Positions 52,869-61,883 of a stretch of DNA of 64,000 bases are shown here, one piece after another. The position numbers and the translations under genes are program-made. The first letter of the stretch is position 1. Each line of letters begins with the position of its first letter. Source of the DNA: an uncultured beta proteobacterium (lineage in GTDB: Bacteria > Pseudomonadota > Gammaproteobacteria > Burkholderiales > Rhodocyclaceae); contig CAINHS010000122.1 in assembly GCA_903848955.1 (NCBI GenBank), positions 647 through 64,646 on the forward strand, written 5' to 3'. Under the pieces are notes generated by a model. The model was not told the origin of the DNA and did no database searches. It worked only from the letters and a program-made list of their open reading frames with translations.

Positions 52869-52879
52869 TCGAACCGGTC

Positions 52880-53827
52880 ATGAACAGCCGCAATGAAGCG
52901 CTCTTTGCCGTCGAACAGGGCGCGCCGAACTGGGATATCCCTGGCATCGTCGCCGCGCTGCGCGAGTTGCGCGATGCCTCCCTCGAAGGCCGCGCCCGCC
53001 GCGGCAAGCCGCCCAAGCTGCCATCGCGCAAGGCCTTGATCGAGATCCTCGACGGCCTGCGCGCCACGCTGTTTCCCAACCGGCTCGGCTGCTCGTCGCT
53101 GAGCGACGAAGGGGTCGATTACTTTGTCGGGCATACGCTCGATGCGGCACTGCGCGAACTGCTGGAGCAGGTGCATCTGGAACTGAAATTCTCGGCCTAC
53201 CAGGACGATGTCCGCGATGCCTTCCGCGACCAGGCTATTGTCATCGCGCGGGAATTCGCCGCCGGCCTGCCGCGCCTCCGTGCCCTGCTCGAAACCGATC
53301 TGGCGGCGGCGTATAGCGGCGACCCGGCGGCGCGCGGCATAGACGAAATCCTGGTCTGCTATCCGGGCATGACCTCGATCACCTGCCACCGCTTTGCCCA
53401 CGAACTGAACCGCCTCGGCGCGCCGCTGATCGCGCGCATGATCGCCGAAATATCGCATTCGACGACCGGCATCGACATCCATCCGGGGGCGCAGATCGGG
53501 CCGAGTTTCTTCATCGACCACGGCACCGGCGTGGTGATCGGCGAAACCGCCGTGATCGGCGAGCGCGTGCGTCTGTACCAGGCGGTGACCCTTGGCGCCA
53601 AGCGTTTCGAGGCCGACGACAAAGGCGACCTGGTCAAGGGCAGTGCCCGCCATCCGGTCATCGGCAATGACGTAGTCATCTATGCCGGCGCCACGATACT
53701 CGGCCGGGTCACCATCGGGCACGGCTCGGTGATCGGCGGCAATGTCTGGCTGACCCACAGCGTGCCGCCGGGCAGCCACGTGGCCCAGACGCAATCCACC
53801 AGCCAGCCGGTTTCGACCGGCGTCTGA
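52880..53827 (+). CDS. cysE: Serine O-acetyltransferase (SrpH/EpsC type)
   Basis: GDPAA, CYPG, TGIDIHPGA, IDHGTGVVIGET, YQAVTLG, RHP, GGNVW. Confidence 0.9.
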   Translation: MNSRNEALFAVEQGAPNWDIPGIVAALRELRDASLEGRARRGKPPKLPSRKALIEILDGLRATLFPNRLGCSSLSDEGVDYFVGHTLDAALRELLEQVHLELKFSAYQDDVRDAFRDQAIVIAREFAAGLPRLRALLETDLAAAYSGDPAARGIDEILVCYPGMTSITCHRFAHELNRLGAPLIARMIAEISHSTTGIDIHPGAQIGPSFFIDHGTGVVIGETAVIGERVRLYQAVTLGAKRFEADDKGDLVKGSARHPVIGNDVVIYAGATILGRVTIGHGSVIGGNVWLTHSVPPGSHVAQTQSTSQPVSTGV

Positions 53828-53871
53828 GCGCCGGCGGCATCAACATTCAATCCACAGGAAGGGAAGTCCTC

Positions 53872-54804
53872 ATGACCACCACGGAACACAAACAATCCGC
53901 TCTCGGCGACGTCGCCGCACGGCAGCTCGCGAACGCGACCAAGACCGTCCCGCAACTCTCGATCATCACGCCGCGCTGGCTGACGCACCTGCTGCCGTGG
54001 ACGCCGGTCGAAGCCGGCATCTACCGGGTCAACCGGGTCAAGGACGCGTCCCGCGTGCTGGTTGCCTGTTCGCGGCGCGACGAGTCGGAGCTTCCCGAGA
54101 CCTTCGTCGACTACGATGAGACCCCCCGCGAGTACATGCTGTCGGTGGTCAACACGGTACTCGACGTGCATACCCGTGTTTCCGACCTCTACAGCAGCCC
54201 GCACAACCAGATCAAGGAACAGCTGCGCCTGACCATCGAAACCGTCAAGGAACGGCAGGAATCCGAGCTGATCAACAACAAGGAATACGGCCTGCTGGCG
54301 AATGCCCATCCGGACCAGGTCATCCGGCCGCTGGGTGGCGTGCCGACGCCGGACGATCTTGACGAGCTGCTGGCCCTGGTGTGGAAAGAGCCGGGCTTCT
54401 TCCTCGCCCATCCCCGGGCCATTGCCGCCTTCGGCCGCGAATGCACCCGTCGCGGCGTGCCGCCGCCGACCGTGACCCTGTTCGGTTCCCAGTTCATCAC
54501 CTGGCGCGGCGTACCGCTGATTCCCTCGGACAAGGTGCCGGTGGACAAGCAGGGCAGGACCAAGATCCTGCTGTTGCGCACCGGTGAAGCGCGCCAGGGC
54601 GTGATCGGCCTGTTCCAGCCCGGCCTGCCCGGCGAGCAGGGGCTCGGCCTCTCGGTGCGCTTCATGGGCATCAACCGCAAGGCCATCGCCAACTACCTCA
54701 TTTCGCTGTACTGCTCCCTGGCCGTGCTCAGCGAGGACGCCCTGGCGGTGCTCGATGGCGTTGAGACCGGCAAGTACCATGACTACAAGCCTGAATACCG
54801 CTGA
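53872..54804 (+). CDS. Family 2A encapsulin shell protein (SrpI-like)
   Basis: AARQLANATKTVPQ, ITPRWLTHLLPW, GIYRVNRV, PREYMLS, PTPDDLDELL, WRGVPLIPSDK; 310 aa with no cNMP insertion; directly upstream of a cysteine desulfurase. Confidence 0.92.
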   Translation: MTTTEHKQSALGDVAARQLANATKTVPQLSIITPRWLTHLLPWTPVEAGIYRVNRVKDASRVLVACSRRDESELPETFVDYDETPREYMLSVVNTVLDVHTRVSDLYSSPHNQIKEQLRLTIETVKERQESELINNKEYGLLANAHPDQVIRPLGGVPTPDDLDELLALVWKEPGFFLAHPRAIAAFGRECTRRGVPPPTVTLFGSQFITWRGVPLIPSDKVPVDKQGRTKILLLRTGEARQGVIGLFQPGLPGEQGLGLSVRFMGINRKAIANYLISLYCSLAVLSEDALAVLDGVETGKYHDYKPEYR

Positions 54805-56401
54805 TCCGGAAGCGGCCGGCGCGCCCGTATCCGAAGCGGTGCTGACGCAACTGGCGAATGAACTGTTCGCCGCGCTCCCGGCTCAAGCCTCGGCCCGGCC
54901 GCCGGTTCCTGCCATGGCGGCCGCAACGGGTGCTCCCGCGCCTGGCGCCGACCTGACCTACTTCGGCTTGCCCGGCGAAGCCGAACTGCAGGCCTTGCTC
55001 GCGCCGATCATCGTCTCGCCGCGCGCACCGTCGGCTGCGGCCGACCCGGCCGGTGGTTTCTACTTCCTGTCCGAGGCGCTGGCGCGCAATCCGGCTCCGC
55101 ATCAAGCCGAGACATTGCCCGACGATGCCTTCCGCCCGCAGCTGGTCGATGACATCCGGCCAGCGCATCCCGGCTTCGACGTCAATGCGATCCGCAAGGA
55201 CTTCCCCATCCTCAAGGCAACCGTCCACGGCAAGCCGCTGATCTGGTTCGACAACGCGGCGACGACGCAAAAGCCGCAGGCGGTGATCGATCGCCTGGCC
55301 TACTTCTACGAGCACGAGAACTCCAACATCCACCGCGCCGCACATGATCTGGCGGCACGCGCCACCGACGCCTACGAGGCCGCGCGGGAAAAGGTGCGCG
55401 GCTTCCTCAACGCCGGCTCGACCAAGGAGATCGTCTTCGTCCGCGGCGCCACCGAGGCCATCAACCTGGTGGCACAGAGCTGGGGGCGGCAGAACATCGA
55501 GGCCGGCGACGAGATCATCGTCACCCATCTCGAACATCACGCCAACATCGTGCCCTGGCAGCAGCTTTGCGTCGAGAAGGGCGCCGTGCTGCGCGTGGCT
55601 CCGGTGGATGACAGCGGCCAGATCCGGCTCGACCTGTACGAACGGTTGTTCTCGTCGAAGACCCGCCTGGTGGCGCTGACGCAGGTTTCGAATGCGCTCG
55701 GCACCGTCACGCCGGCGCAGCAGATGGTGGCCATCGCCCATCGCCACGGCGCGCGCGTGCTGGTCGACGGCGCGCAATCGGTGTCGCACATGGCCACCGA
55801 CGTGCAGCAGCTCGACTGCGACTGGTTCGTCTTCTCCGGCCACAAGGTATTCGGCCCTACCGGCATCGGCGCGCTCTACGGCAAGGAAGACCTGCTCAAC
55901 GCGACGCAGCCCTGGCAAGGCGGCGGCAACATGATCGCCGACGTCACCTTCGAGAAGACGGTGTTCCAGCCGGCGCCGGGACGCTTCGAAGCCGGCACCG
56001 GCAACATTGCCGATGCCGTCGGCCTCGGCGCCGCCATCGATTACGTGCAGCGCATCGGCATGGACAACATCGCCGGCTACGAGCACGACTTGCTGGCCTA
56101 TGCGACCAAGGCGCTGCTGACCGTCCCCGGCCTGCGGCTGATCGGCACGGCGGCGGAAAAGGCCAGCGTGCTGTCCTTCGTGCTCGACGGCTACAGCACG
56201 GAGGAAGTCGGCAAGGCGCTCAACGAGGAAGGCATTGCGGTGCGCTCGGGACACCACTGCGCGCAGCCCATCCTGCGCCGCTTCGGCCTCGAGGCCTCGG
56301 TGCGGCCTTCGCTGGCGTTCTACAACACCTGTGCCGAGGTCGACACGATGATCGCGGTATTGCGCGACCTGAAAGGCGGGCGGACGACACTGCCGGTGTG
56401 A
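54779..56401 (+). CDS. Encapsulin-cargo cysteine desulfurase (class II SufS-like) with long N-terminal cargo-loading extension
   Basis: About 135-aa Pro/Ala-rich N-terminus containing LTQLANELF, then DFPIL, DNAATTQKP, SGHK (PLP Lys) and RSGHHCA (catalytic Cys). Overlaps the shell gene by 26 nt. Confidence 0.92.
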   Translation: MTTSLNTADPEAAGAPVSEAVLTQLANELFAALPAQASARPPVPAMAAATGAPAPGADLTYFGLPGEAELQALLAPIIVSPRAPSAAADPAGGFYFLSEALARNPAPHQAETLPDDAFRPQLVDDIRPAHPGFDVNAIRKDFPILKATVHGKPLIWFDNAATTQKPQAVIDRLAYFYEHENSNIHRAAHDLAARATDAYEAAREKVRGFLNAGSTKEIVFVRGATEAINLVAQSWGRQNIEAGDEIIVTHLEHHANIVPWQQLCVEKGAVLRVAPVDDSGQIRLDLYERLFSSKTRLVALTQVSNALGTVTPAQQMVAIAHRHGARVLVDGAQSVSHMATDVQQLDCDWFVFSGHKVFGPTGIGALYGKEDLLNATQPWQGGGNMIADVTFEKTVFQPAPGRFEAGTGNIADAVGLGAAIDYVQRIGMDNIAGYEHDLLAYATKALLTVPGLRLIGTAAEKASVLSFVLDGYSTEEVGKALNEEGIAVRSGHHCAQPILRRFGLEASVRPSLAFYNTCAEVDTMIAVLRDLKGGRTTLPV

Positions 56402-56405
56402 TCAT

Positions 56406-56453
56406 CCGGCGGACGGCTGCCCGCAGCAGGGAAGCCGTCCGCCGGCGTTTTTT
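56406..56453 (+). terminator. Rho-independent terminator of the encapsulin operon
   Basis: CCGGCGGACGGCT / AGCCGTCCGCCGG 13-bp stem followed by TTTTTT; abuts the convergent rhodanese stop. Confidence 0.8.
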
Positions 56454-56920
56454 CAGCGCTGGTCCCAGGGCAGCGGGTAGGACTTCCAGCCGTTGACGCA
56501 GCGCCGGCCGGCTTCATTCAGCACGCCCTCGAAACCTTCCAGTACGTTGAAGACATTCTCGAATCCGGCCGAGGTCAGTTTTGTCGCGGCCTCGTCGGAG
56601 CGGATGCCGGAACGGCAGAGCAGGATCAGCACCGTTTCGGGTGCGTACTTGCGCTGGATGGCGGTGACGAAGGAAGGGTTCAAGTCCCAGTCGGGAAAGA
56701 ACTTCCATTCGATGTTGACAGCCTGCGGAATCCGCCCGATCAGCTTGAGTTCGGCTTCGCTGCGGATGTCGATCAGCACGGCGCCGGGCACGCTCTGCCA
56801 GGCGGCGCAGGCTTCGGGCGGCGTCAGCGTGCCGCGATAGGCGAGGTTCAGCTCGCGGGCGCGGCGTTGGGCGAGTTCGAGCGGGTGGGCGGTGGCCAAT
56901 TCGACGACGACGGCGTTCAT
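56453..56920 (-). CDS. Single-domain rhodanese (sulfurtransferase)
   Basis: LIDIRSEAE, active-site loop CRSGIRS, FNVLEGFEG. Confidence 0.9.
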   Translation of the reverse strand: MNAVVVELATAHPLELAQRRARELNLAYRGTLTPPEACAAWQSVPGAVLIDIRSEAELKLIGRIPQAVNIEWKFFPDWDLNPSFVTAIQRKYAPETVLILLCRSGIRSDEAATKLTSAGFENVFNVLEGFEGVLNEAGRRCVNGWKSYPLPWDQR

Positions 56921-56953
56921 GGGATTTCCTCTGATCAGATTGCACGTTGGCTA

Positions 56954-57005
56954 ACTGTATGACCATCGTCTCCGGTTCCAAACCAAGAAATTCAGATTTG
57001 CATAT
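56954..57005 (-). promoter_or_regulatory. Rhodanese promoter sharing the sbp motif
   Basis: Minus strand ATATGCAAATCTGAATTTCTTGGTT (19/25 identical to the sbp motif), with -10-like TACAGT at the same spacing. Confidence 0.6.
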
Positions 57006-57104
57006 CAGGAATCGGTGGTTGGTGGGCGCGGACGGAAAAGCAGGGATGACTCTGCTACTCTTGAGCCGCGAGTTCCTCTTCAACCTGTTCTGCAAGGAGC
57101 CACC

Positions 57105-57659
57105 ATGATCCGTCCCAGTCTCTTTCTTGCCGCCGGGCTTGCCTTGGCCGGCAGTGCCTGCGCTGAGCCTTTCACGCTTTCCAGTGCCGATATCAAGCCG
57201 AATCTCCCCATCGCCGACGAACAACTGTATGAAGGCTTCGGCTGCACCGGCAAGAATGTCTCTCCCGCCGTCAAATGGTCCGGCGCGCCGAAGGGCACGA
57301 AGAGCTTTGCGCTGCTTGTGCATGACCCCGATGCGCCTACCGGCGGCGCCGGCTGGTGGCACTGGGTGGTGACCAACATTCCCGCCGATGCCGGGGAACT
57401 GCCCAAGGGTGCCGGCAAGGCTGACGGTTCCGGCCTGCCCCGGGGCGCCGCGCAAATCACCACGGATTTCGGTGCTCCCGGCTGGGGCGGCCCATGCCCG
57501 CCGGTTGGCGACAAGCCGCATCGCTACAACTTCACGCTGCACGCCCTGAAAGTGGAAAGGCTGGAACTGCCGCAGGGGGCGACTGCCTCGCTCGCCGGGT
57601 TCATGATCAATGCCAACTCCATCGGCAAGGCGACGCTGACCGGAAAATACGGGCGCTAG
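57105..57659 (+). CDS. YbhB/YbcL family (PEBP-like) periplasmic protein
   Basis: RBS AAGGAG; signal peptide; GKNVSP, HDPDAPTG..WWHW, GPCPPVGDKPHRY. Confidence 0.9.
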   Translation: MIRPSLFLAAGLALAGSACAEPFTLSSADIKPNLPIADEQLYEGFGCTGKNVSPAVKWSGAPKGTKSFALLVHDPDAPTGGAGWWHWVVTNIPADAGELPKGAGKADGSGLPRGAAQITTDFGAPGWGGPCPPVGDKPHRYNFTLHALKVERLELPQGATASLAGFMINANSIGKATLTGKYGR

Positions 57660-57690
57660 TCGCGGCAGACGCGCGCAAACACCATCCCGG

Positions 57691-58854
57691 CTATCGCGCT
57701 CCCCAGTATGGCGTTGCGATCCCGTCGCCGAGGTCGGCCTCGACCAGGCGGCGGCGTACCTCGAGCAGTTGTGCGATCAGTGCCGGCTCGGTGCGAGCGT
57801 AGGCCTCGGCAGCGGGGCTGCGATTGACCACCACGCCGAGCACCTCGGTGATCGCGTTGCCGATCGAGTTCTGGCTGATGGTGACGATGAGCTTGCCGGC
57901 GTCGTTGCGATAGATCAGCTGCTTGAAGGCCGGCTGCCAGCGGATCGCGTTGGCGTACTTGGCATCGGTGATGCACCGGTCGCGCACCATCTTCGCCGTC
58001 TTCAGGAAATCGTTGTTGAATTGCAGCTTGTTGGCCACCAGCGCGGGGAAGCAGATGTCATGCGGCAGCGGCGCGTTGCGGGTTGATACCTGGCTGAAGA
58101 AGGTGCGGTAGAAATCGATGAAGCCCATGAGGATGGTGTCGTACTCATTCCAGAAGCGAACTTCCCCGAGCGCTGCCGCGCCCCCCGCGATTTCCCAGCT
58201 CGGCAGCCCCTGCGGGTAGCCGGTCAGGGCAATGCGGCATGACCCCGCCTCGCATGGCCGCAGGATCTGCAGGTCAAGCTCTTCAAAGAAGGCGCGGTAG
58301 GCGTCGCGCATATGGGCCTGGAACAGCGAATGCTGGCCGCCGTCCGTCAGGTTCGGGTTGTTAGCGTCGGCGATCGGCGCAGCGCGCAGTTCTGCCTTGT
58401 TGAAGGCGATGAAGTGATTGTGCAGCATGCGGATGCTCGGCACGCCGGGCGAAGTCAGCGGCCAGGTGGCGTCGAGACTCGCTTCGCCGGCGAGCAGCAG
58501 GGTTTGCTCGGGGTCGGGGTAGCGCTCCAGCATGTAGCCGACGATGATCTGGTTCATGCGATTCCAGACGTTCTTCACCGGCTGCGGCAGTTGGGTTCGC
58601 CGCACCGGGCGACCGAGAGGATCGAGAATGCTCTGCGAGGTGTTGTAGATGATCGAGGCGTCGAACTCGTTGCTGTGACCGAGCGCCTTGCGGTAAAGCA
58701 CCAGCCCCTCCGGGTTCTGCAGCAGGCCGTTGTTGTGAACCAGATCCTTGAGGTTCTCGGCGCTGTTGAAGAATTCGTTCGGCTTCATTCCTTCCGGCAC
58801 ATCGAGCGGTATCGGGCGAAAAGCCGTGACGATTTCTCTCGGGCCGGACTGCAT
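57691..58854 (-). CDS. Hypothetical protein (possible HIT-like fold)
   Basis: 387-aa ORF with genome-like codon usage; SIRMLHNHF motif; start uncertain. Confidence 0.75.
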   Translation of the reverse strand: MQSGPREIVTAFRPIPLDVPEGMKPNEFFNSAENLKDLVHNNGLLQNPEGLVLYRKALGHSNEFDASIIYNTSQSILDPLGRPVRRTQLPQPVKNVWNRMNQIIVGYMLERYPDPEQTLLLAGEASLDATWPLTSPGVPSIRMLHNHFIAFNKAELRAAPIADANNPNLTDGGQHSLFQAHMRDAYRAFFEELDLQILRPCEAGSCRIALTGYPQGLPSWEIAGGAAALGEVRFWNEYDTILMGFIDFYRTFFSQVSTRNAPLPHDICFPALVANKLQFNNDFLKTAKMVRDRCITDAKYANAIRWQPAFKQLIYRNDAGKLIVTISQNSIGNAITEVLGVVVNRSPAAEAYARTEPALIAQLLEVRRRLVEADLGDGIATPYWGAR

Positions 58855-59149
58855 GGATTTACTCCCGCGCGCTAGGATGAAGTTGCTGCGGGTGGTACCG
58901 GCGCCGCCTGCGGCCATGCCGTTCCTCCCTGCCGTTTCGTGTCGCGGAAAGCATAGACGGGCACTTGCCGTCTGGCAAATCAGGATTGATTACGGGCGCA
59001 TCAGTTCCATGCGATGCGCCATTGCCGGGATGCCCTGGCCCGCCACCGGCAAGGACCGTCAAATCCGGTCGAAGTCACGCTGCTGAAATGAGATTCCGCT
59101 GCGTCGGGCGCATCGGCTATTCTGGCAGCCTGAACGGAGCAGCCTGTTG

Positions 59150-59776
59150 ATGAGCCAGGAAATCAGATGGAGCAAGCGCTACAGCGATGCGGGTGACGAG
59201 TATTTGTTCGGCACCGAGCCGAACCGCTTTCTCGCGCATCGGGCCGATCTGTTGCAAAACGGCCGGACTGCCCTGTCGGTCGCCGATGGCGAGGGCAGGA
59301 ATTCGGTCTGGCTGGCCGAACAGGGACTGGACGTCACCGCCATGGAGATTTCGCCGGTTGCAATCGAGAAGGCAAGACGGCTGGCGGCGGGGCGCAAGGT
59401 CGATGTCCGTTTCATCCTGAACGACATGCTGGCGCCGGATTGGCCGCCGGCGCAACTGCAAAACGCCTTTGACTGGGTGATAGGCATCTTCATCCAGTTT
59501 GTCGGTCCCATGGAACGGAATCGGCAATTTGCCGCGATGAAGCAAGTTACCGCTCCGGGCGGGTGCATCCTGTTGCAAGGCTACACGCCGAAGCAACTCG
59601 ATTACCGCACCGGCGGGCCTTCCGACCTTGAAAACCTCTACACGCGGGAGATGCTGCAGGCAGCTTTTGCCGACTGGGAGATCGAGGAACTCGTGGACTA
59701 CGATGACGAAATTTCGGAAGGGGCAGGACACAAGGGGCGCTCGGCACTGATCGGGCTGGTTGCCCGCAAGCCCTGA
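59150..59776 (+). CDS. Class I SAM-dependent methyltransferase
   Basis: YLFGTEPN, LSVADGEGRNSVWLA, GYTPKQL..TGGP. Confidence 0.88.
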   Translation: MSQEIRWSKRYSDAGDEYLFGTEPNRFLAHRADLLQNGRTALSVADGEGRNSVWLAEQGLDVTAMEISPVAIEKARRLAAGRKVDVRFILNDMLAPDWPPAQLQNAFDWVIGIFIQFVGPMERNRQFAAMKQVTAPGGCILLQGYTPKQLDYRTGGPSDLENLYTREMLQAAFADWEIEELVDYDDEISEGAGHKGRSALIGLVARKP

Positions 59777-59803
59777 GCCAGCCGTTCCCGCGTTCGATCT
59801 CAA

Positions 59804-60505
59804 ATGAATTCATCACTCATCTCCGCCTCAGCACTCCCGGCCTACACGGCGGTGCTGTTTGATTTCGAGGGCACGCTGGTCGATTTCCAGTGGCAACTCG
59901 GGCCGGCCGAAGACGAACTGCGCCAGGCCTGCGCCCGGCTCGGCTTGCAAGGCAAAGAGTTTTCCAGCGGCAATTACGCCGCCATGTGGAACGCTGCCGT
60001 CGACCTGTTTGCTCCGCAAGGGCGCCAGGCTGAACTGCGCCAGGCGCTCGGTCCCGTTTATGACCGGTGGGACCTCGACGCACTCGCCAGATGGGCGCCG
60101 CGACCGGGCGCAGCGGAGTTGCTCGGCCAATTGCATGCCGGCGGCCGGCCCGCCGGCATGGTCAGCAACATCGGGCGCGGTGCGCTGGTCGCCGCTCTGC
60201 GGCGTTTCGGTTTCGCTGAATGCCTGTCGCCGGTAGTGACTCGCGACGATGTGAGCTACATGAAGCCAAGGGCGGAAGGCATCTTGCGGGTGATTGCGGA
60301 TTGGCAGACCACGGCGGACCAGGTGCTTTTCGTCGGCGACAGTCATGCCGACGTTTACGCGGCGCGTGCCGCCGGCGTGGCGGTGGCGATAATCAGAGGG
60401 GGTGAGTGTGCCGAAACGACATTCGCCGACAATCCGCCGGACCACATGATTTCCCAGTTAAGCGAACTGGCCGGCCTGATCGCCGGGCGCGGCGATCAAA
60501 CCTGA
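59804..60505 (+). CDS. HAD-superfamily hydrolase (motif I atypical, DFEGT)
   Basis: VLFDFEGTLVD, VSN, KPRAEG, FVGDSHADV. Confidence 0.8.
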   Translation: MNSSLISASALPAYTAVLFDFEGTLVDFQWQLGPAEDELRQACARLGLQGKEFSSGNYAAMWNAAVDLFAPQGRQAELRQALGPVYDRWDLDALARWAPRPGAAELLGQLHAGGRPAGMVSNIGRGALVAALRRFGFAECLSPVVTRDDVSYMKPRAEGILRVIADWQTTADQVLFVGDSHADVYAARAAGVAVAIIRGGECAETTFADNPPDHMISQLSELAGLIAGRGDQT

Positions 60506-60555
60506 TTGTCTGCAGTTGCCGGGTCCGGCAAGACGTGCCAGATGCGCAAGGCATG

Positions 60556-61080
60556 TCAGGCCTCGCTGCGCGGCGGACCCTCGCCGGCAAGGCCATCCGG
60601 AACGCCGCAATTGTTTGCCAGCCCGATTGCATTGGCCTCCATTACGGCGGTCACGATGACGGCTATCAGGGTAGGGACCAGGGCGACGCGCGTGAGGGCG
60701 AGCCACAGGATGTGCTGCATGCTGGCTTCATGCGCTGCCTGGCTGATCAGCCAGGCGACGAAAATCAGCAGCGCAGAGACCGCATATCCCAGCATCAGCC
60801 ATCTTGAATTATTGAATGTCAGGCGCCAATGCGCGTCGACAAACCAGCTGGTGGTTTTCCGACTGCGCCGGAAGATGTAGCCGATCAGCAGGCTGGAACA
60901 GAGCAAAGGGATCAGCAAACCCGACATTCCCGCATTCAGGACGACAATGGCGGGGGTCATGAACAAGTCCAGCACGAACAACCCGGATATGAACAGGTTG
61001 TGCGGCACTTGTGCCCGGCGGATTTCTTCCCTGGTGACCTCGCAGCGCATCCCGTTCTCCGCAGTAGTCAAATTCGCCAT
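60556..61080 (-). CDS. Hypothetical integral membrane protein
   Basis: Four to five hydrophobic segments after EEIRRAQVPHNLF; start uncertain (61080 or 61050). Confidence 0.65.
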   Translation of the reverse strand: MANLTTAENGMRCEVTREEIRRAQVPHNLFISGLFVLDLFMTPAIVVLNAGMSGLLIPLLCSSLLIGYIFRRSRKTTSWFVDAHWRLTFNNSRWLMLGYAVSALLIFVAWLISQAAHEASMQHILWLALTRVALVPTLIAVIVTAVMEANAIGLANNCGVPDGLAGEGPPRSEA

Positions 61081-61190
61081 CGCCGAACCCTCGGCGGGAC
61101 AAGCCGGCAACGCGGCCGCCGCCGGCTTCGAAGATGAGAAATGTCCGTTGTCGGGGCATTGGCGGAGCCCCGCCCGCTGTCGCCGGCCGG

Positions 61191-61622
61191 CTAGTGACCG
61201 ACGCGGATGTGCTCGCGACGATTGGCTTCCGAGACGAATTCTTCCAGCTCGGGATCCATCGCATTGCGCGACGAAACCATCCCGATCGGCTTGCCATGGT
61301 CGACGACCGGTGCATGGCGGAAGCCGTGTTCCTGCATCATCACCAGCGCGTAGCCGTAGGATGTGGCGGAATCGACCGTCCGTGGATTCCTGGTCATCAC
61401 ATCGACCAATTTCGTCGTACGCGGATCGAGGCCGCGCGCGATAACGCGAAACAAGGCGTCGCGTTCGGTAAAAATCCCGATCAGGCACTCGTGCTCGACG
61501 ACCATGGCAGCCCCGACTTTCTGCCTGTCCATCAATTCCGCAGCCTTGCTGACGGTGGTATCCGGAGCCAGGACAAGGGCGTCCTTCTTCTCCATGACAT
61601 CTCTTACAAGTAGATCAAACAC
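61191..61622 (-). CDS. Tandem CBS-domain protein
   Basis: GTG start after GGAAGGAA RBS; VRDVM, LIGIFTERD, DVMTRNP, GFRHAPVVD, GMVSSR. Confidence 0.85.
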   Translation of the reverse strand: MFDLLVRDVMEKKDALVLAPDTTVSKAAELMDRQKVGAAMVVEHECLIGIFTERDALFRVIARGLDPRTTKLVDVMTRNPRTVDSATSYGYALVMMQEHGFRHAPVVDHGKPIGMVSSRNAMDPELEEFVSEANRREHIRVGH

Positions 61623-61683
61623 GGCATTTCCTTCCCCGGGGTTCAAAGTGCGCCTGATCGTTCCCTGCAGCACTGACTCGAGG

Positions 61684-61724
61684 ATGGTAGGGGCTTTAGG
61701 CTTGATGACATTGATCATAATCAA
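61684..61724 (-). promoter_or_regulatory. FNR-type class II promoter of the CBS gene
   Basis: Perfect TTGAT-CATA-ATCAA (61711-61724) and minus-strand -10-like TACCAT (61689-61684). Confidence 0.75.
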
Positions 61725-61883
61725 ATATGCGCTGCGCGGAGGGCGGGAACCAGCCGCATCCGGCGCTTGCCCATGGCAACGACCTGATCCCGGACTGACG
61801 ACTAGCGCATCAGGCCGGCCTGGCGTTATGCTTGCGCCCCTGCATCTGCATCCATACACCGCGACATCCAAAGGAGAAAGCTC

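Noticed and set aside
58855-59146. Candidate ncRNA or riboswitch in the divergent intergenic region
   Set aside because: Only a short hairpin (AGACGG/CCGTCT) is present; no recognisable RNA family, tRNA or riboswitch motif.
60556-61488. 310-aa ORF overlapping the CBS gene
   Set aside because: Only the hydrophobic C-terminal part (from about 61080) looks protein-like; the rest overlaps the CBS gene in another frame.
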